Of a stretch of 64,000 bases of DNA, positions 48,267 to 62,180 are shown one piece after another; positions within the stretch are counted from its first letter, which is position 1, and every line of letters begins with the position of its first letter. The stretch is from Podarcis liolepis (taxonomy: Eukaryota). The stretch lies in assembly GCA_965112155.1 (NCBI GenBank), contig OZ218099.1; one strand, written 5' to 3'. Position numbers and translations under genes: made by a program. The notes below the pieces were generated by a model that worked only from the letters and a program-made list of their open reading frames with translations, had not been told where the DNA came from and did not search any database.

Positions 48267-50188
48267 CTATGATGCTAATTTAGAGGCAAGGCAATATTTC
48301 CACGTGCAGAACAAGTTTCCCAGTACAAAATTTACACCACTGCTTCGAAATGGGCCTTAGCCTCGGAGCAGAAGAGGCTGTTCAACATATGGGAGTCCAA
48401 ATGCAAAGAAGGTTGTTTTAAATAACAGGCAGAAGCCTAAAAATATCCCTTCAGAAATATATATATATATATGAGAAAGAAAAATGCCAAACCCTAGAAC
48501 TGAAAGATCTAAAAATATTCAGGGCTTTGGCAAGGCTCATGAAGTTAAATAAATTATACAAGAGCCATTCATGGGAGAGACTACTTTCTCTTACAGGAAC
48601 ATTGTTCAAGCTAATAAAAATTATAATTTACTAGCCACCAAGCTTTTCATGAGTCTAAATTTAATTGGTCAGGCTTCTGGAGTCCATCATTTCCTGCTGG
48701 ATTAGTAGATTTGTATTGGAGTTTTTGACATAGCAGAGAACGAAAAAAGACAGAATCATGAAATGGCATATTTCTGGGCGAGCGCACAAAGCGGGTGGAA
48801 TGGGGGGTGCTGCTGCTTTGCTTCATCCTCCCTCCATCCTCCCCCCACCCCGCCCTGCACCCGGCAAACTCCCTCTTTTATTCCTCCCTACCCCATTGCA
48901 GCTTGGAAAGGTGGGAGGAGACTTCAGGGTTTGGGGGGGGGGTTGTGCATAGATGCAGGGGGTATTAGGGACGCGAGAACGCAATTTAGATCTTCAGAGC
49001 CCTTTGAAACACAGCACAGTTATTTTAATTTGATAAATGATCGGGCACCTTTAAGAGTGTGTTTGAACAATCAAGATACACTTCAGCAAGTTGATAGGAT
49101 GTATGCTGTCAACTTGCATATGCCATTAGCGTAGACTGCACGCATAAATAATGTGAGAGCACAGCTCCTCTCCCTACCCTTCAATTCTCCATGCGCTACC
49201 CACTTACAAAAGAGCCCTTTACCCATTAAACCAGGGGTCTTCAGAGCCAAAAAATCCCAATATTTCTGGCTCCCCTCTCTTCCTCCTCCTTAAGGACAGA
49301 CTGTTCTAGCGGAGTGCCTTTAAAACAGGAACATATTAAGAATAATGAATGTACCAATCCACTTCAACCAGGGTGTGTGTGTGTAGAGGAGACAGACAGA
49401 CAGAGAGACCCTGTTAGCTGTGAAAACGGCTTTCTTATCATCTCAGCTTTTTTTTTTACCTTGTAGCACAATTCTCCTCCTTTTCACTGTTTTGCCTGTG
49501 GTATGTAAAACTGCGGGGTTGGGGGGGGGTGGAGTGTGGTATATGTGTAAATGCGTAGGGGGAGCTGGCATTTAAAATATGGCATGTAATAATTAATTAG
49601 ACCCAACTAATTAACACCAATCATTCCCAATAAATAATAAAATAAAACCATCAGTTAGCTTTGACTTATGGGCGAACATCAGAAAAGGCTTTTGTGATAA
49701 TTCATAGGCTGCTTGGTGTGTGTGTGTGTGGGGATCAGTGAAACTAACACGAGAGGGTGCAGAAATCCACCTGCCTTCTTCGGTCAGTTCCTTCTGCAGT
49801 TGTAAGCCAGCTGTATTCCAACTGGCCTGCCTATCTATCTATGTTTGTAGGTTAGGATTGTGCAAACTTGAGTCTCGCAGACCAAAGCGAAAAACTTGTA
49901 AGGCTCTTCTTGTAAGGCTCTTCTTGTCAGTCTGTTTTGGAGTGCCATCTTCCTCGCTGTACCCCTCTCTCCTGCAAGTCAAACTTAGAACGATTCTTAT
50001 TCTGAACAGAAAGCTCCAAAGCACATGGCGAAAATCCATTTTGGCCTCGTTCACTGCTTCCTAGGCTCAGTGACAATCTAAAAATCTATGGGATGGGGTG
50101 GCCACACAGATACATGAAGCATCATCGGTATTAGAAGTACAGCATGTGGACTCCTGAAATGTAATTCTTAATTTCCCTTTCTGTGCGC

Positions 50189-50228
<40 letters not shown>

Positions 50229-53085
50229 TGTCTGTTCCTCTGTTTGTAGATCATTGAAATATGAATGCAAGTACTTAACCCATTTCTCACCAGTGATTGA
50301 ATCTATAATCAAAAAGGAGAGGTGACGTTAACCGGAGATTCACAAAACACAGTTGTGTTTCTTTTAGAGTGGCCATTGTTCTAAATATCTTGAAAGCATA
50401 ACATAACTGAAGAAGTAAGTAGGCAACTCTAAATGGTTCAGAGGATTCTTATTTCCCTAATTTACCAAAAAAAGGGGGGAGGGAAACCTTGTAAAGTGTA
50501 GCCGTAATAATTTGTGGTTTATTGATCTGTGTAATTTCTAAGAAAATATCCATTAATGTTGGTGTGCTCTGACCACTTTGCCGCAGAATACATTCAGGGG
50601 ATTCAAAATATATATACACTTGAATGTTGAGACTCTGGGCTGAATATCTGAGAATCTACTCAGAAAAATAGTGGAGACATAGTGGATAAGATATAGATAA
50701 ATATCAAAATCCCACAAAACCTTTCTTTTGCATGCTATAGTTTGCAGAGTTTTCAGACTATATCTGAAACCGAAGGCTTGTTCCAAATGTATGTGCTATA
50801 ACCTTAAACATGCTCCGAATATTACGCTTCCTGCATATAGTACTCCTGAGAACTTTATTACCAATAGATCATGTTTCCTGGTGTGTGTGTTTTTTTAACA
50901 TGCGAAATCTGCAAAAATAGCAAACAAGGTACTTTTATACTTCCAAACCTACAGGGCCAAGTCTTGATCATTCTCCTAAAAATGTTGAAATAGCTGAAAA
51001 GTCTAATTAGAGTGTTGTAATTAATAACATATAATGGTAGTAAAGCCTTTGAGCAATTAAAATTCTCTCAAGTGACCAGAAGGGCTATTACGGCAGGCCC
51101 ACAATCGCCTTGTAGCTATAAGGATATCATAAAGGGAAAATCCTTGAGGGTGGTGAATTTTAGACAGGGGCAAATTAATAAAATTTCCTCTGGGTTCCCC
51201 CCCGGTACTCTTACCAGTGGTGCCTGCCCCTTTAGGTTTACGCTAGAATGTCATTTCAGTGCTCTGGATGAATACATAAAATAAGAGATGCCACGATAGG
51301 CGTGGGGCGTTTGGGACTGATGTGTCCTGCAAACTTATTATTGTACAAGGGGCCTGAATTGTTTTTCTCCCCCTTGGATATCTTAATAGCGCAATACAGT
51401 AGAAATTTCCATTTTCTAAAACCTTGGTTAGCTGAAGCTCGTGACTACCAAAACTCACCGTGGGTCTTCCATGTTAACACAACCCCCACATGTAAATGGC
51501 ACACCCATTTATTCGTACAATTTGGATGTCCTTCAGACCATGCAGATGAATGAGAAGCTACCGTACAGAATACAGCGTGTGCCTGTTCCGTATATATGCA
51601 GCAGTGTGTTTTCTTTTTTCCTGTTCAGCATTCTACGCTAAATAATACTTTTGGACGGTGCAGCAAATTGCTTTGCTGGGAAGGGGGTTTGCATAAGGAA
51701 CAGTGGGAGTTCTGTGCAGGCAATCTCTTGAGTGTAAGCAAATGGCTGGATGAGAAGGAGATAGTGTCAGCTCTCTTTGGGCTAAGTCTTCCTGGCAAAT
51801 TGTTTATTTCTTTTGCCTATCAGATGGTTGCATTCAGTGCCAAAGTTGCAATTGTCTCTCCTTCCTTCCCTACAGCTGTCTCAATGGATTAAATTCCAAA
51901 CTGGGATCAGAAGCTGTTTTAAAAGGGAGGGGGAGGCATTACTGGGAAATTGATGGGGCCTAAACAGGTGGGGTTGTGTACTATTTAAGAGAGAGAGAGA
52001 GAGAGTTGTTGCTTTTGATTTTCTAAGACCTTGAAAAGCAGCGGAGAGAGTCCAAGTCACCCAAGGTTGGTGGTAGGATCCCTTGATCTCTCACTCTCTC
52101 TCTCACACACACTAATATGTAGCTGTGTCTCCAACGCAGATCCATTGAGCACAGCAAATAAATAAAAGCAGCCCTGGGTGGGAGTGAATGGATCAAGCGG
52201 CAAGCTATCTTGAAACCTTCTATAAAATACTTTTAAAAGATTTCATCTTGGTGATTAGCGAAGCATGGGTCGAGAACACGCACGTACCCCCCCCACACCT
52301 TCATCCAGCCAGTTGCAGCGTGAGATGATAACCCATCATCTTTTATGGAGCAAGCTGGAAGATTTCCCCAAGTTTCATTTAGCTATTTATCATCCTGGCA
52401 GGCGCTCTCCCCCCTCCACCCCATGCACATACTAGTCCTTCTCTTGCTCCTATTTCTCTGCAACACCCCCCCCCCCCGAAACACACAAAAATATGCCTCT
52501 GCAGATTCAGTAGAAAATGAATTGTGTATTCTTTTTTTTTCCTGGAGAAGGAAAAATAAAAAGTGTATGTCAAAGTTAAAACAGATTTTGAGATTAACTT
52601 GTCTACTCCTTATTAGTGGCACTCCTTCTGAAGCTTACAGAGGATGCAGATAGAGACACATGTGTCAGGCAGAAAGAAAGCAGAATCCCGAGAAACCAAA
52701 AATCTTAGAGAATTACGGTTTGAGTAGTTTCATCTGTGTGTTAGCGTTTGTTTTCTGGATCTTCCCAGAGATGCTATTTTGCCTGCTTGCATCTGTGAGA
52801 GATCGGATGGGTTACGGGGCCTGGAATAACTATGGGGCATGCTTTTCACTTGTGGGTACGAAAGGGTTTTTTGGATGTACTGTACCTACTATCATTCATC
52901 CCAAAATTTTGTAGCCCGGGATGTTGTTCTTGGGGCTGCAAAGCGGGCCTTTGGTTTAGCAGTGGCGGCTCTCTCTTTGATGTATTGAAGCCTCCTTGTA
53001 AACTTGTGAGTCATCATGGTGAAAATCAGAGGTGTAAATTCAAGCAGTTGCTTGTGATCTAAGCTGTATGTTTGTGTCTGTGGGT

Positions 53086-53088
<3 letters not shown>

Positions 53089-53133
<45 letters not shown>
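53089..53133. repeat. (AG)n microsatellite
   Basis: Directly visible. Confidence 0.95.
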
Positions 53134-53135
<2 letters not shown>

Positions 53136-54702
53136 CAGAGCACACAACACATGATTAGGACAGGGTTTTTATGGAAAGCAATTGTTAATAATAAAAACAT
53201 TTGCATAGCCTGTTTTATCCTCCCAACTTTCGGAAGGCAGCTTAGTAGCACAGGTGGGATTCACTGAAATCTTTGTGAGGATGGCTGAGGGTGGGGCATC
53301 CATTCAGTTTCCTCCTGGGTCCAATCCATCAGTCACTGCAGCTGTGCACACTCCCGTCATACAGGGAGGGGGCAGGTGTGGGGGTTTTTGCGCTGGGGAG
53401 GAGGAAATGAACAGAGGTCCTGCCATGAGACTGGAAAAGTTTGTGACTTAATGGCTGGGTCCTGAGTTCTGCGCATAGGACGGAAAGAATCAACTGCCGT
53501 GTAGGCAGGATGTAACAAATGGCCGTGTGTTAGCGCTGCAGTGGCGAAGGAGATAAAATCTTAAGTATTTGTGGCCGTTGCCCACAAGAGCTAAACAGAA
53601 CTGCCACGTTTAGGGGCGGTCTGGCAACAGATGCTGAGGGCAAACGAGAGAGCAGGATTTGTCCCATGTTGGATGCGGGGCTAAGTAGACCCTTATCCCC
53701 AAACCAGCAGGGCAGTTCTTATGACCCAGGTTTGCCCAGCTTTAGCTACTAAGTCTCTCACACCACAGCAGGCCCAGAGTCCACTGGGATGGCTTGTAGT
53801 TTTTTTCTTTTTTAAGCAGATGTCAAGTAACATTAAAAGGAAAACCAGAGCGAGAGAGATCATGAATATTAAGCAAATCTTGCAATTTGGAGGCTGGGGT
53901 CCTGTCTCCCCCCCCCCATGGTGTTCAGGCACAGAGAAGTTGCAGACTCTTGCCATGCAAATGGCGTTTAAGACTAGGGAGCGGAGGAATATTTCTCAGA
54001 AGTCGTTTATCATGGGGGCTTGCAGTGTAACCAAAGCTCTCTTCGAAAATGATCCCTTCATCCTGACAAACCATATCCCCAAGGGTGTGCTGGGACGCAG
54101 AGAGAAGGGGGGTAGGGGCTTCGCTCCTCCTCCTGGGCTACTCTGGGACTCCCCCAATTCGGAAGGGCGTGGGACAGACAGTGACACTGGCCGGGAAACA
54201 TCTGTTCTGCAAAATTGCTGGGAATGTCGACCAAGCTACAAGGATTTGGAGAGAGGGCTGTGCTAGCGTTTGGTCTGCTGCTGTGTGTTTTGGTCTGTGT
54301 GTGGAGGGTGGTGGTGGGGAGGGTGAGCGAGCCATGTGCCGTGTGGCGATAGCCTAATTAAATATTAAAACACCCTGGTATTACAGCATCTTTTAAAATG
54401 TACTTTTCAGAAAGATATTTATGACAGCTCATCTCTGCGAGGAGGGCTGACTCAGCTGTCTCCCAGAAAAGGGGTGAATTCATCCTTGGCATTCAGTCCC
54501 TTCCTCTGTGCAGAGTTGGGGGAAAGGCTGCTTCCAAGACATGGCCCAGGGCTTGTGCTGGGGAGATGTCTGAAGGGGTCAGCTGCCTGCTTTCCGCCCT
54601 ACAGAGGCCAACAAGAGATTCACAGGCAAACCACAGCTGTTTAGGAGTGGTCTTCGTAGCAATGCAACAGGGGTTTACAGATCAGGTTGAAGACCGATAA
54701 TA

Positions 54703-54930
54703 CAGTGGTACCTCAGGTTACATACGCTTCAGGTTACATACACTTCAGGTTACAGTCTCCGCTAACCCAGAAATATTACCTCAGGTTAAGAACATTGCTT
54801 CAGGATGAGAACAGAAATCGTGCTCCTGCAGCGGGAGGCCCCCTTAGCTAAAGTGCTTCAGGTTAAGAACAGTTTTAGGTTAAGAACGGACCTTCGGAAC
54901 GAATTAAGTACTTAACCTGAGGTACCACTG
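54703..54930. mobile_element. pogo/Tigger-like MITE, complete
   Basis: TA|CAGTGGTACCTCAGGTTA ... TAACCTGAGGTACCACTG|TA: perfect 18-bp TIRs with TA duplication. Confidence 0.9.
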
Positions 54931-55066
54931 TAATAATAATAATAATAATTTATTATTTATACCCCGCCCATCTGGCTGAGTTTCCCCCAGCCACTCTGGG
55001 CGGCTTCCAATCGAGTGTTAAAAACAATACAGCATCAGATATTAAAAACTTTCCTAAACAGGGCTC
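54931..55066 (-). mobile_element. L2-clade LINE 3' end
   Basis: (TAA)n then ATTTATACCCCGCCCATCTGGCTG...ACTCTGGGCGGCTT, the reverse complement of the 11700-11790 terminus. Confidence 0.8.
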
Positions 55067-56568
55067 AAGACTGCCCTCCCAAACATGGGATTTACTCTGA
55101 AATGTCTTGGGCCTAACGAAATATTTTCCTGTGCATCTGGAGCCTTCCTCTTTTTTTTCCTACCAGCAAATGATGCCTTCTTGGGTGTTGGCTTCACACT
55201 AGTTTGTGACTCTCTGGGATGCTGGGAGTCGATGCAAAGGGCGCTCCAAGAATTTGGGCAGAAAAGAGAAACATGCAAGCCTTGTCTTAATCTGCTCCGT
55301 AATAGCTTAGGATGGACCTGAATGAAATCAGGTACGGCACCTGAAATGTCCCCAAACTAAATATGGGGTGTTGGGGTCCTTGTCAGCACAGTGCTTTGAT
55401 ACCTGTGCTGGAGCCTGTATTTCGATATACAGTGCTTGAAACTGTATCCTTTAAGCTGCTTCAATATAGAAAAGCCAGGTACAATATATCAAAATAGAAG
55501 TTTTCATTGCATTCAGGGATGCTTCCTTCCTTCAAAGTAAACCTGCATAGGATCAGGCCGGTAAGAGTGCCTTCTATATGGAAATTCCTCTTTTAAAGGG
55601 GTCAGAAGCACTTTTAATGCACACCTGTAAATAGCTGGTGGAGACTTCCATCCACGATGTTTTCCTAGGGGACAAAAAGGAAGACTTTGGGTTTTGTTTT
55701 GTTTTTTGTAAATCAGGTGAGATGCTCAACTTCAGCATATCAGTGTGCCAAAAATGGCTTACATTGGCATGCATTTTTAAATGGCTAGGAACTATTGTAA
55801 GGCTTCTCTAATGGATTAACAAAAATATATATGTATGTGTGTATGTGTACACACACACACACCCCGGTAAAATAAAATGAAACAAGATGAGACCGGCAAG
55901 TCTCCATGTGGAACTACAAGTGCGTCCTGAACCCTAACTTGATCTTGTCTTTTTCTTTTTGTCCAGAAACAGCATTGTTTTCTTTCACTCCGCCACACCC
56001 CATCCTGCAAAATTTGCACGCAGCACACTTCAATTGCTTGACACTTGTAGCCCTCTCAGGGGCAGTTACTGTCTTTATTTAAAATACGTCTATCCCAGCT
56101 GCTGTACCGGGCTCCAGTCAACTTCTAACCACAAAAACACCAAAACACCACAAGTTGCAATGTCTTCCATTCTAGATCTTCTGCCTGTACAACAGAAGGA
56201 AAGAAATGGATCCCCTGGGGGGCTCTCCCATCTGTTCACCTGAAAGTTCAGCACCTTTCCTTCTTCTTTGCCTCCTCCTTCCTGAAGTCTTACAATTCCA
56301 GCTGGTCATTATTTGAAATCTGTAACTAGGAAAATGTGCCTGCATATTTGGTTCTTTCCTCCTCCTCCCAAATTTCTTTTCCTTTTGTGTTATGACTTGG
56401 CAATCTCAAGCCTGATATTTTGTAAATCGGAGGCCTTTTGGGGGCTGAAAAGCAGGGTGAAAATGCTTTAACTACATGAAAGATGTGGTGTCTAGTGCCC
56501 TATCCAAGCAATTTCCTATGTTTATAAAATTGCTTTGGAGAGAGAGTGGTATTACCTGTTCTAGACCA

Positions 56569-56569
<1 letters not shown>

Positions 56570-56616
<47 letters not shown>

Positions 56617-56662
56617 AAAATATATACCACCCTCCATCCAAAGATTTCAGGGCAGTTCACAT
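56570..56662 (-). repeat. (ATT)n microsatellite with adjacent L2-like tail remnant
   Basis: (ATT)15 followed by TATATACCACCCTCCATCC...CAGGGCAGTTCACA. Confidence 0.6.
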
Positions 56663-57242
56663 TTCAGGAGTTTGGTAAGGAAGTTGGATGTTTTTACTGT
56701 TAAACACCCCCCCCCACAAAACCTTGTATTGTAACAAATAAAGCAGGAGGGGGGAAATGGGCGAACAACAATGCCAGTTACTTTTGAAGTCCTTGGAGGA
56801 AAGGCGGAATATAAGTGCAAAAACAGGAATAATATAAAGGCACGTTTCTGGAACAGGGGAAGACAATCGTTCAACACTTGCCTTGGCAGTGTCTGAAGAA
56901 TATGCACAATTTTGAGCATATGTATCCTGCCAAGCCATCTGTGCGCAGTCAACAGGATACATTTATTCAGACCTTTTGGACATTACCAGGATGTGCGTGT
57001 CTTAGGAGCAAGCAGGTTCATCCCCCTCCCCTTCCATTCCCCCCATGTCATCTTTAACACACAAGTGTGGAAAATTAAGCATGGAGGGGGCAGTTGAATC
57101 TGGAACAGGTGCAGGTGTTCAAGTGGGGCTGGGGACCCTTGTAGGTGCTGCTGGTTTTGTAACCCCAACCCATTCCCCTTAAATCATACTCCGGGCATGC
57201 TCAACTCTTCTTGGCTGTAACTCTGCCTTTCTCTTAATAGGC

Positions 57243-57595
57243 CAAAGGTAAAGGGACCCCTGACCATTAGGTCCAGTCGTGACCGACTCTGGGGTTGCGG
57301 CGCTCATCTCGCTTTATTGGTTGAGGGAGCCGGCGTACAGCTTCCGGGTCATGTGGCCAGCATGACTAAGCCGCTTCTGGAGAACCAGAGCAGCGCACGG
57401 AAACGCCGCTTACCTTCCCGCCGGGGCAGTGCCTATTTATCTACTTGCACTTGACGTGCTTTCGAACTGCTAGGTTGGCAGGAGCAGGGACCGAGCAACG
57501 GGAGCTCACCCCGTTGCGGGGATTCGAACCGCCGACCTTCTGATCGGCAAGTCCTAGGCTCTGTGGTTTAACCCACAGCGCCACCCGCGTCCTTA
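57243..57595 (-). mobile_element. Full-length Sauria SINE
   Basis: Complete head GGACGCGGGTGGCGCTGTGGGTTAAA through to the ACCTTT tail. 11-bp TSD TCTTAATAGGC at 57232-57242 and 57596-57606. Confidence 0.95.
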
Positions 57596-58767
57596 TCTTA
57601 ATAGGCTGCCTGGATGCAAAAAGAGGATAGGTCTCCGGAACATTTTAATAGTAGTGTGGAAGAGGTGACTTCTATGGATGTAACAGGCATGCCTCTTCTG
57701 TGCAATAGTTAGGGTTCAGGAGTCCTGCCTTCTTTTGTATCTGGGAACCCCGCTTCTTTTAACAAGCAAGCAAGTTAGCTCAGATGTAATTTATCACTAT
57801 ATACTGCTGGACCATAGAGAGCACCTGGCGTCGTATTCTACCCAAACCACAGGTTGCAAAAGTGAACTGCTTTTTATGGCAATCCTGTGCCACCTCTAAA
57901 CCTTCTGCTTTGTCCTCTGTGCTTGAAGAGTACGAGTTCTCTTTCACCATTGCTTCAAGCGTTACAGTCTGAGAGCGGTCACATGGAACGATTTCTTAAC
58001 CTGTGACGTCGTTAACCGATGGAACTCACTGCAGCAGGATTAGGTTGCATCTAAGGACTCGTTTTTGATGCAAGTATTTCTGTTATTACAACAGGGGCCC
58101 GCCCCCATACCCCCCAAAAAAATTGGCTGGTGGGGGGTTGTTGAGAGAACCCCCAGAACCAGCCCAGGACAAGCAGAAATGCTTTTGCTGATGGAGTGGT
58201 TGTAACAGTGAGACACTGGATTCCTCCCTTGGTTTGCTTTTCATCCACTCCCTTTTCTATGTAAGTAGTTCTCTCTTCTCAGAACACTTATGCCTACATC
58301 CTTTCCCAGTTAAACCTAACAGTTCCAAATTTAGTTACACTTTCTCCTCGTACATTTCGCTATTTCATTCATCTACCTGCTTGCAATCACATAGCAGAGC
58401 AATGAAGAAGCCCTCCTCTTAAGGCTGAAGTGGGATTCACAAAATAAAACCAATATTTATCTTACTGGTGGTTGGAAGGCACGCACCTATAAATTCTACT
58501 TTATTGCATGCAGCCTGTTTGGGTAATTTCTCTCTCCCCTCTTTCCCCCTCATGTGAGGCTTCAATTAAAAAAAAGAAAAAGAAAGAAAGCCAACCACCC
58601 TCTTGACTTAAGTAGATTTTCAAAGAAACTCCTGCGAAGTTAATTTTTTAGCTATTTGATGTCCCTAAACTCAGGGCCCCAGAGAATCTATTGCCTGTCC
58701 TGGATAGTATTTCCTTTTCCCTGATTTTTTTTATTAAAGTTAAATCCAGGATGTCCTGTGACTACAC

Positions 58768-58894
58768 CAAAGGAGTGGCCGCAAGATCTTGCTGGACTAC
58801 AACTCCCATCATCCCTGACAATTGGCTTTGCTGGTTGAGGCTAATGGGAACTGTACTCCAACAACTTCTGGAAGGCCCCACATTGGCTACCCCT
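58768..58894. mobile_element. hAT-type palindromic MITE
   Basis: GGACTACAACTCCCATCATCCC...ATGGGAACTGTACTCC arms. Confidence 0.65.
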
Positions 58895-59074
58895 ATGTTT
58901 TCCCAGATAGTGAACTATGGGAGTAAGGTCACCCAGTTTGGTAGGAGGGCAAAGGATAAAATAAACTACTTTCATGGACCCTCAAGTTGCCCATTCTTGG
59001 CTTATAACATTCCTGCTTATAACATTGGTCTAGTAGTAGAAATCACTGCACCTAGATTGGAAGATGAGACCTGT

Positions 59075-59199
59075 CAGGGTTTCCCAAGCTTGGGTCTCCA
59101 GCCGTTGTTGGACTACAACTCCCATCCTCTCTAGCTAGCAGGACGAGTGGTCAGGGATGATGGGAATTGTAGTCCAAAACAACAATAGATGGAGACCCA
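59075..59199. mobile_element. hAT-type palindromic MITE, right end missing
   Basis: CAGGGTTTCCCAAGCTTGGGTCTCCA...GGACTACAACTCCCATC...GATGGGAATTGTAGTCC...TGGAGACCCA. Confidence 0.7.
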
Positions 59200-60272
59200 T
59201 AAATGCTTCACCTGCACAGGCAGCGAATGATTTGCATGGAGGTTATGTTCCAAGGCACCACACGCTTACGTGAAATTGCATATAATCAGAGCACCCATGG
59301 AAAAAGCCTGGAAACACCGTTCTGCTGCCTTCTGGAGCCACGTATTGGAGCCTAGATGCCGGGTGGTGGGGAGAGGATGAATTTGTTACTCCATCTAGGT
59401 TCCAAAATTGGTTGGGGGGGGAGGTGAATTTGTGGTTTTCAGGGGTTAAGTGACAGCTAAAGGGAGGGACTAAGGATTTCCACACATGGCAATGACCCTC
59501 TGCTGCACCTGCATTCCCATAATCTCTGAAAACATGCAAATGGGGCCAAGGCTGAAATGTACAACTCCTTGGAATTGGAATGGCTGGGGAGGCTCACCAA
59601 AAGAATAAGGGGGGGGTATAGGGACAAAATGGCCTTGGATCTTGTGCCTCTACCTGGTTCACACTGCTGCTAAGGAGGTGTGAAACTTGCCAGCATCACA
59701 GTAACAGCGATTTTACACTCAGTTCTTCCCAGAGTGTGAATTACACCACCCAGGGTGAAGAGGGGGAACAATTGCAAGCTGCAGTGGGTGTAAAAAACCA
59801 CACGGATGCAGCAGTTCTGCATTCTAATTTCGGAGGCAGAGCTGAGGAGGATTTGCTGCATATCTGCCTTTATTGCTGACAGTATGCTGCATCACACAAG
59901 GCTAATGTTATCCTTAGCAAGGGGTTAGAGGGGGGGGAAAGACCCACCGTTTGACCACTGAAGGGCGCATGTAAGGCTGTTCCTGGAGTCTTGCACTCAG
60001 TTTTTGGAATCTACCTTTGAAACTTAAAAGTTGCTTTCTGTGTGTGTGCACACATGCGCACAATGAAGAGAATGATCCAAGGTCTGAAAGAATTCTCTAA
60101 GGAGCAAAAGCTTTCAGGTGTGGCAGGCAGTTGATGGGTAATGCGGACAGAGCAAATGTTGACCACCTTAATCTCGGTTTCCAAACCGGGCTTTAGGCTA
60201 TGGTTGCAGGGGGAGTCCACAGAACCGTGCCTGGTGGCCACAGGTGAGATGCAGCATGGCGACATCACTCCA

Positions 60273-60417
60273 GCCTAGATAGCTCAGTTGACTAGAGTGT
60301 GGTGCTGATAACACCAAGGTTGCAGGTTCTGTCCCCACATGGGACAGCTGCATATTCCTGCATTGCAGAGGCTTGGACCAAATGATCCCGAAAGTCCCTT
60401 CCAACTCTACAATTCTG
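60273..60417 (+). mobile_element. tRNA-Ile-headed SINE with CR1-derived 3' tail
   Basis: TAGCTCAGTTGACTAGAGTGTGGTGCTGATAACACCAAGGTTGCAGGTTC is collinear with tRNA-Ile. Tail ATTCCTGCATTGCAG...GTCCCTTCCAACTCTACAATTCT is shared with the CR1 at 62400. Confidence 0.85.
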
Positions 60418-60663
60418 TATATCTGTACATACAAATCAAAGGAGCGATCCAGCTCCTCCACTGGCTGCGTGGCTGAAAACCTCCTCTGGTAGGAGAATGG
60501 GGAACATCAGAGCAACAGATCTGAATGTTAAAAGTCGACACAATGGTAGCGAACTATTACTTTTTACCATATGGCGTGACTGGATTCTCCATTAATGTGC
60601 CCATGTTGGAGGCTCTTTGAAAACCTGGACCCAAAACAAGAGGGGCTCAGATAACAGACGTTA

Positions 60664-60875
60664 CAGTGGTACCTCGGGTTAAGAACTTAATTTGTTCTGG
60701 AGGTCCGTTCTTAACCTGAAACTGTTCTTAACCTGAGACACCACTTTAGCTAATAGGGCCTCCCGCTGCCCCCGCGCAATTTCTGGTCTCATCCTGAGGT
60801 AAAGTTCTTAAACCGAGGTACTGTTTCTGGGTTAGTGGAGTCTGTAACCTGAAGCGTCTGTAACCCAAGTTACTG
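60664..60875. mobile_element. pogo/Tigger-like MITE (opposite orientation to the 16840 and 54703 copies)
   Basis: TA|CAGTGGTACCTCGGGTTAAGAAC ... ACTG|TA. Confidence 0.85.
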
Positions 60876-62049
60876 TATTCAGCTGGCATGTGAAAGTGGT
60901 CTTGAAATCTCCGACTTTTTGAGCTGCTTTGTCTTTTAGAGGTTTGTATGTGTTTCTTGGCTTTCTGCAGCAAGGAGTTTCCACACTATCTACTCATGAA
61001 TGTCTGGATCTGTTCTTAGGGCACATTTCACAACAAAAGTTGCTGGAAACTCCAAAACCTTGCAGAGCTCACTGGCCTGAAATTTTGCCTGTTACTCTTT
61101 CTAAACTTCACATTTTATATAATTGTAATATCTCTTGGATATTATCTTTTACCTATCATTTTCCTTCATCCTTAAATACATTTTCATGCAGTTAGTTTTA
61201 CTTCTCAGAAACTTTCGGAGAAACTTCTGGAGCAGTAAAACATCACCCCTCTCCCATACGTGGATTACTGCATATCCCTTACAACAATTTATAATAAGCC
61301 TAGTTTCCCTATTCTTGGAACAAGTAGCAAAGCATACATTTAAGGTCTTTTTCTTTTTCTGGTATGATTTGGAAGCCATCTATGTTTGCATCTAATCAGG
61401 CCCAGTGGAGATAAAACTGAATGCAAATAATACTTTTTTTGTTTTCTTCCTAATCACATTATAGCTAATATAATTCTATTAGTCTGATCTCTACCACCAG
61501 TTGTCCTCTGAAAACGCCGCACCGTAATCTTAATCAACACAAACTCTGGGCATGCAAGCGGGGAAAGGCTTTTTTATCCTGTGGTTTTTTTGTGCAACGT
61601 CTCATGATTGCACCAACTGTTAAAAGCCAGTGCTCTATAGGCATGAATTTATCTCTCTGTTTCTGTAAGGATGCCACATAAATGTTGCAAGGGAACCGTA
61701 TATATCAGGAGAACAGTCTTTTTTTAAAATGAAAGTGGGTTCAGGGGGAGATATTGTCTCAGCCGGTGACAGTGCTAGGGTTTCTTCTACTTCCGTTCCT
61801 CCAGGACTAGGTAAGCAGTTTATTTTTTGCTAGAAAAGCAAAGGCACTTCTAGGAAGTGTACCTTATGGATGCATGAACTGCTAGCTCTCCCACCTCAGA
61901 ATATTCAAAGTATGGTGATTATCCCTGAATGAGATATGGTGGCCCAGTACTTGATGTGCTTGTCTGCGCCACTAAAGATCGAGGAATCCCCCTTTACTGT
62001 ACAGAACAGTTCTGTTGGCTGTAAATGGATGTGTGTTCCATTCAGAAGG

Positions 62050-62180
62050 TGACATGGGTCTTGGTTGAAGCTAAGCAGGTCCGGGTCTGACCCAGTACCT
62101 GGATGAGTTACTTACCTGGGAAGCGCAGGTGCGCACCTTCATTTCACGATGGAAGGAAGTTTCATAAATGTAATAAATAA
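62050..62180 (+). mobile_element. Decayed 5S rRNA-derived SINE
   Basis: GAAGCTAAGCAGGTCCGGGTCTGACCCAGTACCTGGATG...CCTGGGAA matches the 5S internal promoter region. ATAAATGTAATAAATAA tail. Confidence 0.65.

Noticed and set aside
60273-60346. tRNA-Ile gene
   Set aside because: The acceptor stem and T-loop are degenerate, a CR1-type tail follows directly, and there are several dispersed copies, so it is a SINE head.
62050-62135. 5S rRNA gene
   Set aside because: It is partial and diverged with a retroposon tail, so it is a 5S-derived SINE relic.
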